Shown: piece by piece, positions 63,604 through 64,000 of the stretch | Position numbering within the stretch: position 1 is the first letter of the stretch | Layout of the letters: every line of letters starts with the position of its first letter | Source: Perna viridis | Lineage: Eukaryota | Direction of reading: 5' to 3' | Assembly: GCA_037379345.1 (NCBI GenBank) | Contig: CM074512.1 | Location: forward strand, 25,916,001 to 25,980,000 | Length of the DNA: 64,000 bases | The notes under the pieces: generated by a model | What the model was told of the DNA's origin: nothing | The model's database searches: none | Seen by the model: the letters and a program-made list of their open reading frames with translations, nothing else | Program-made: the position numbers and the translations under genes

Positions 63604-64000
63604 GTAAGATAATTGTCATACGGGCTAACATGTAGCTCAGGGTCAGAATTGTGATTAGTTTTCTGATAGGGGGAGTAAAATTAATTACTTATCATCATGG
63701 CAGTGTTAGTGGTATTGTGAAATCATACCTAGGTAAAATACGGAAGCCATAAGCAAAGATAATGAATATAGATTCTCCTTCAGTAATAAGTAATATTTCT
63801 CTACTCATGATAGTAAAATTAACATTTTTTACATGCAATCCTTTAGCATAAGGAGAATTGGTTTCTCCCATGAAATCTGTAGAAACCTTGGAAAATGTAA
63901 AATGGCTGGAAAACTGTCACAGAAATTTAATAACTCCTTAGTGACTAAAAATTCACATGCATCTCTAACTACCATCAAATTAGAGAAAAGATGATAACTG

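Overview
AT-rich, intron-rich animal genomic DNA. The repeat families and gene content suggest a bivalve mollusc, but this is inferred. Two multi-exon genes lie on the + strand. (1) 223-30906: the last 27 exons (about 1260 codons) of a TRPM-related channel whose membrane core matches the TRPS/soromelastatin (CED-11-like) family. It ends in a NUDT9-homology domain with a destroyed Nudix box, has one GC-AG intron, and has two 54-nt pore-turret micro-exons. (2) 39673 to beyond the window end: the first 23 coding exons (about 930 codons) of ANAPC1/APC1, with a probable CpG-rich promoter near 36.6-36.9 kb. All exons were read by hand, and splice phases join into continuous reading frames. Introns and the intergenic region carry Penelope-like retroelement fragments, hAT-, Kolobok-, Harbinger- and Tc1/mariner-type non-autonomous elements, a SINE-like element and minisatellites. 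Most ORFs in the supplied track are spurious or are exon read-throughs. Protein family assignments rely on recalled reference sequences, not on database searches.
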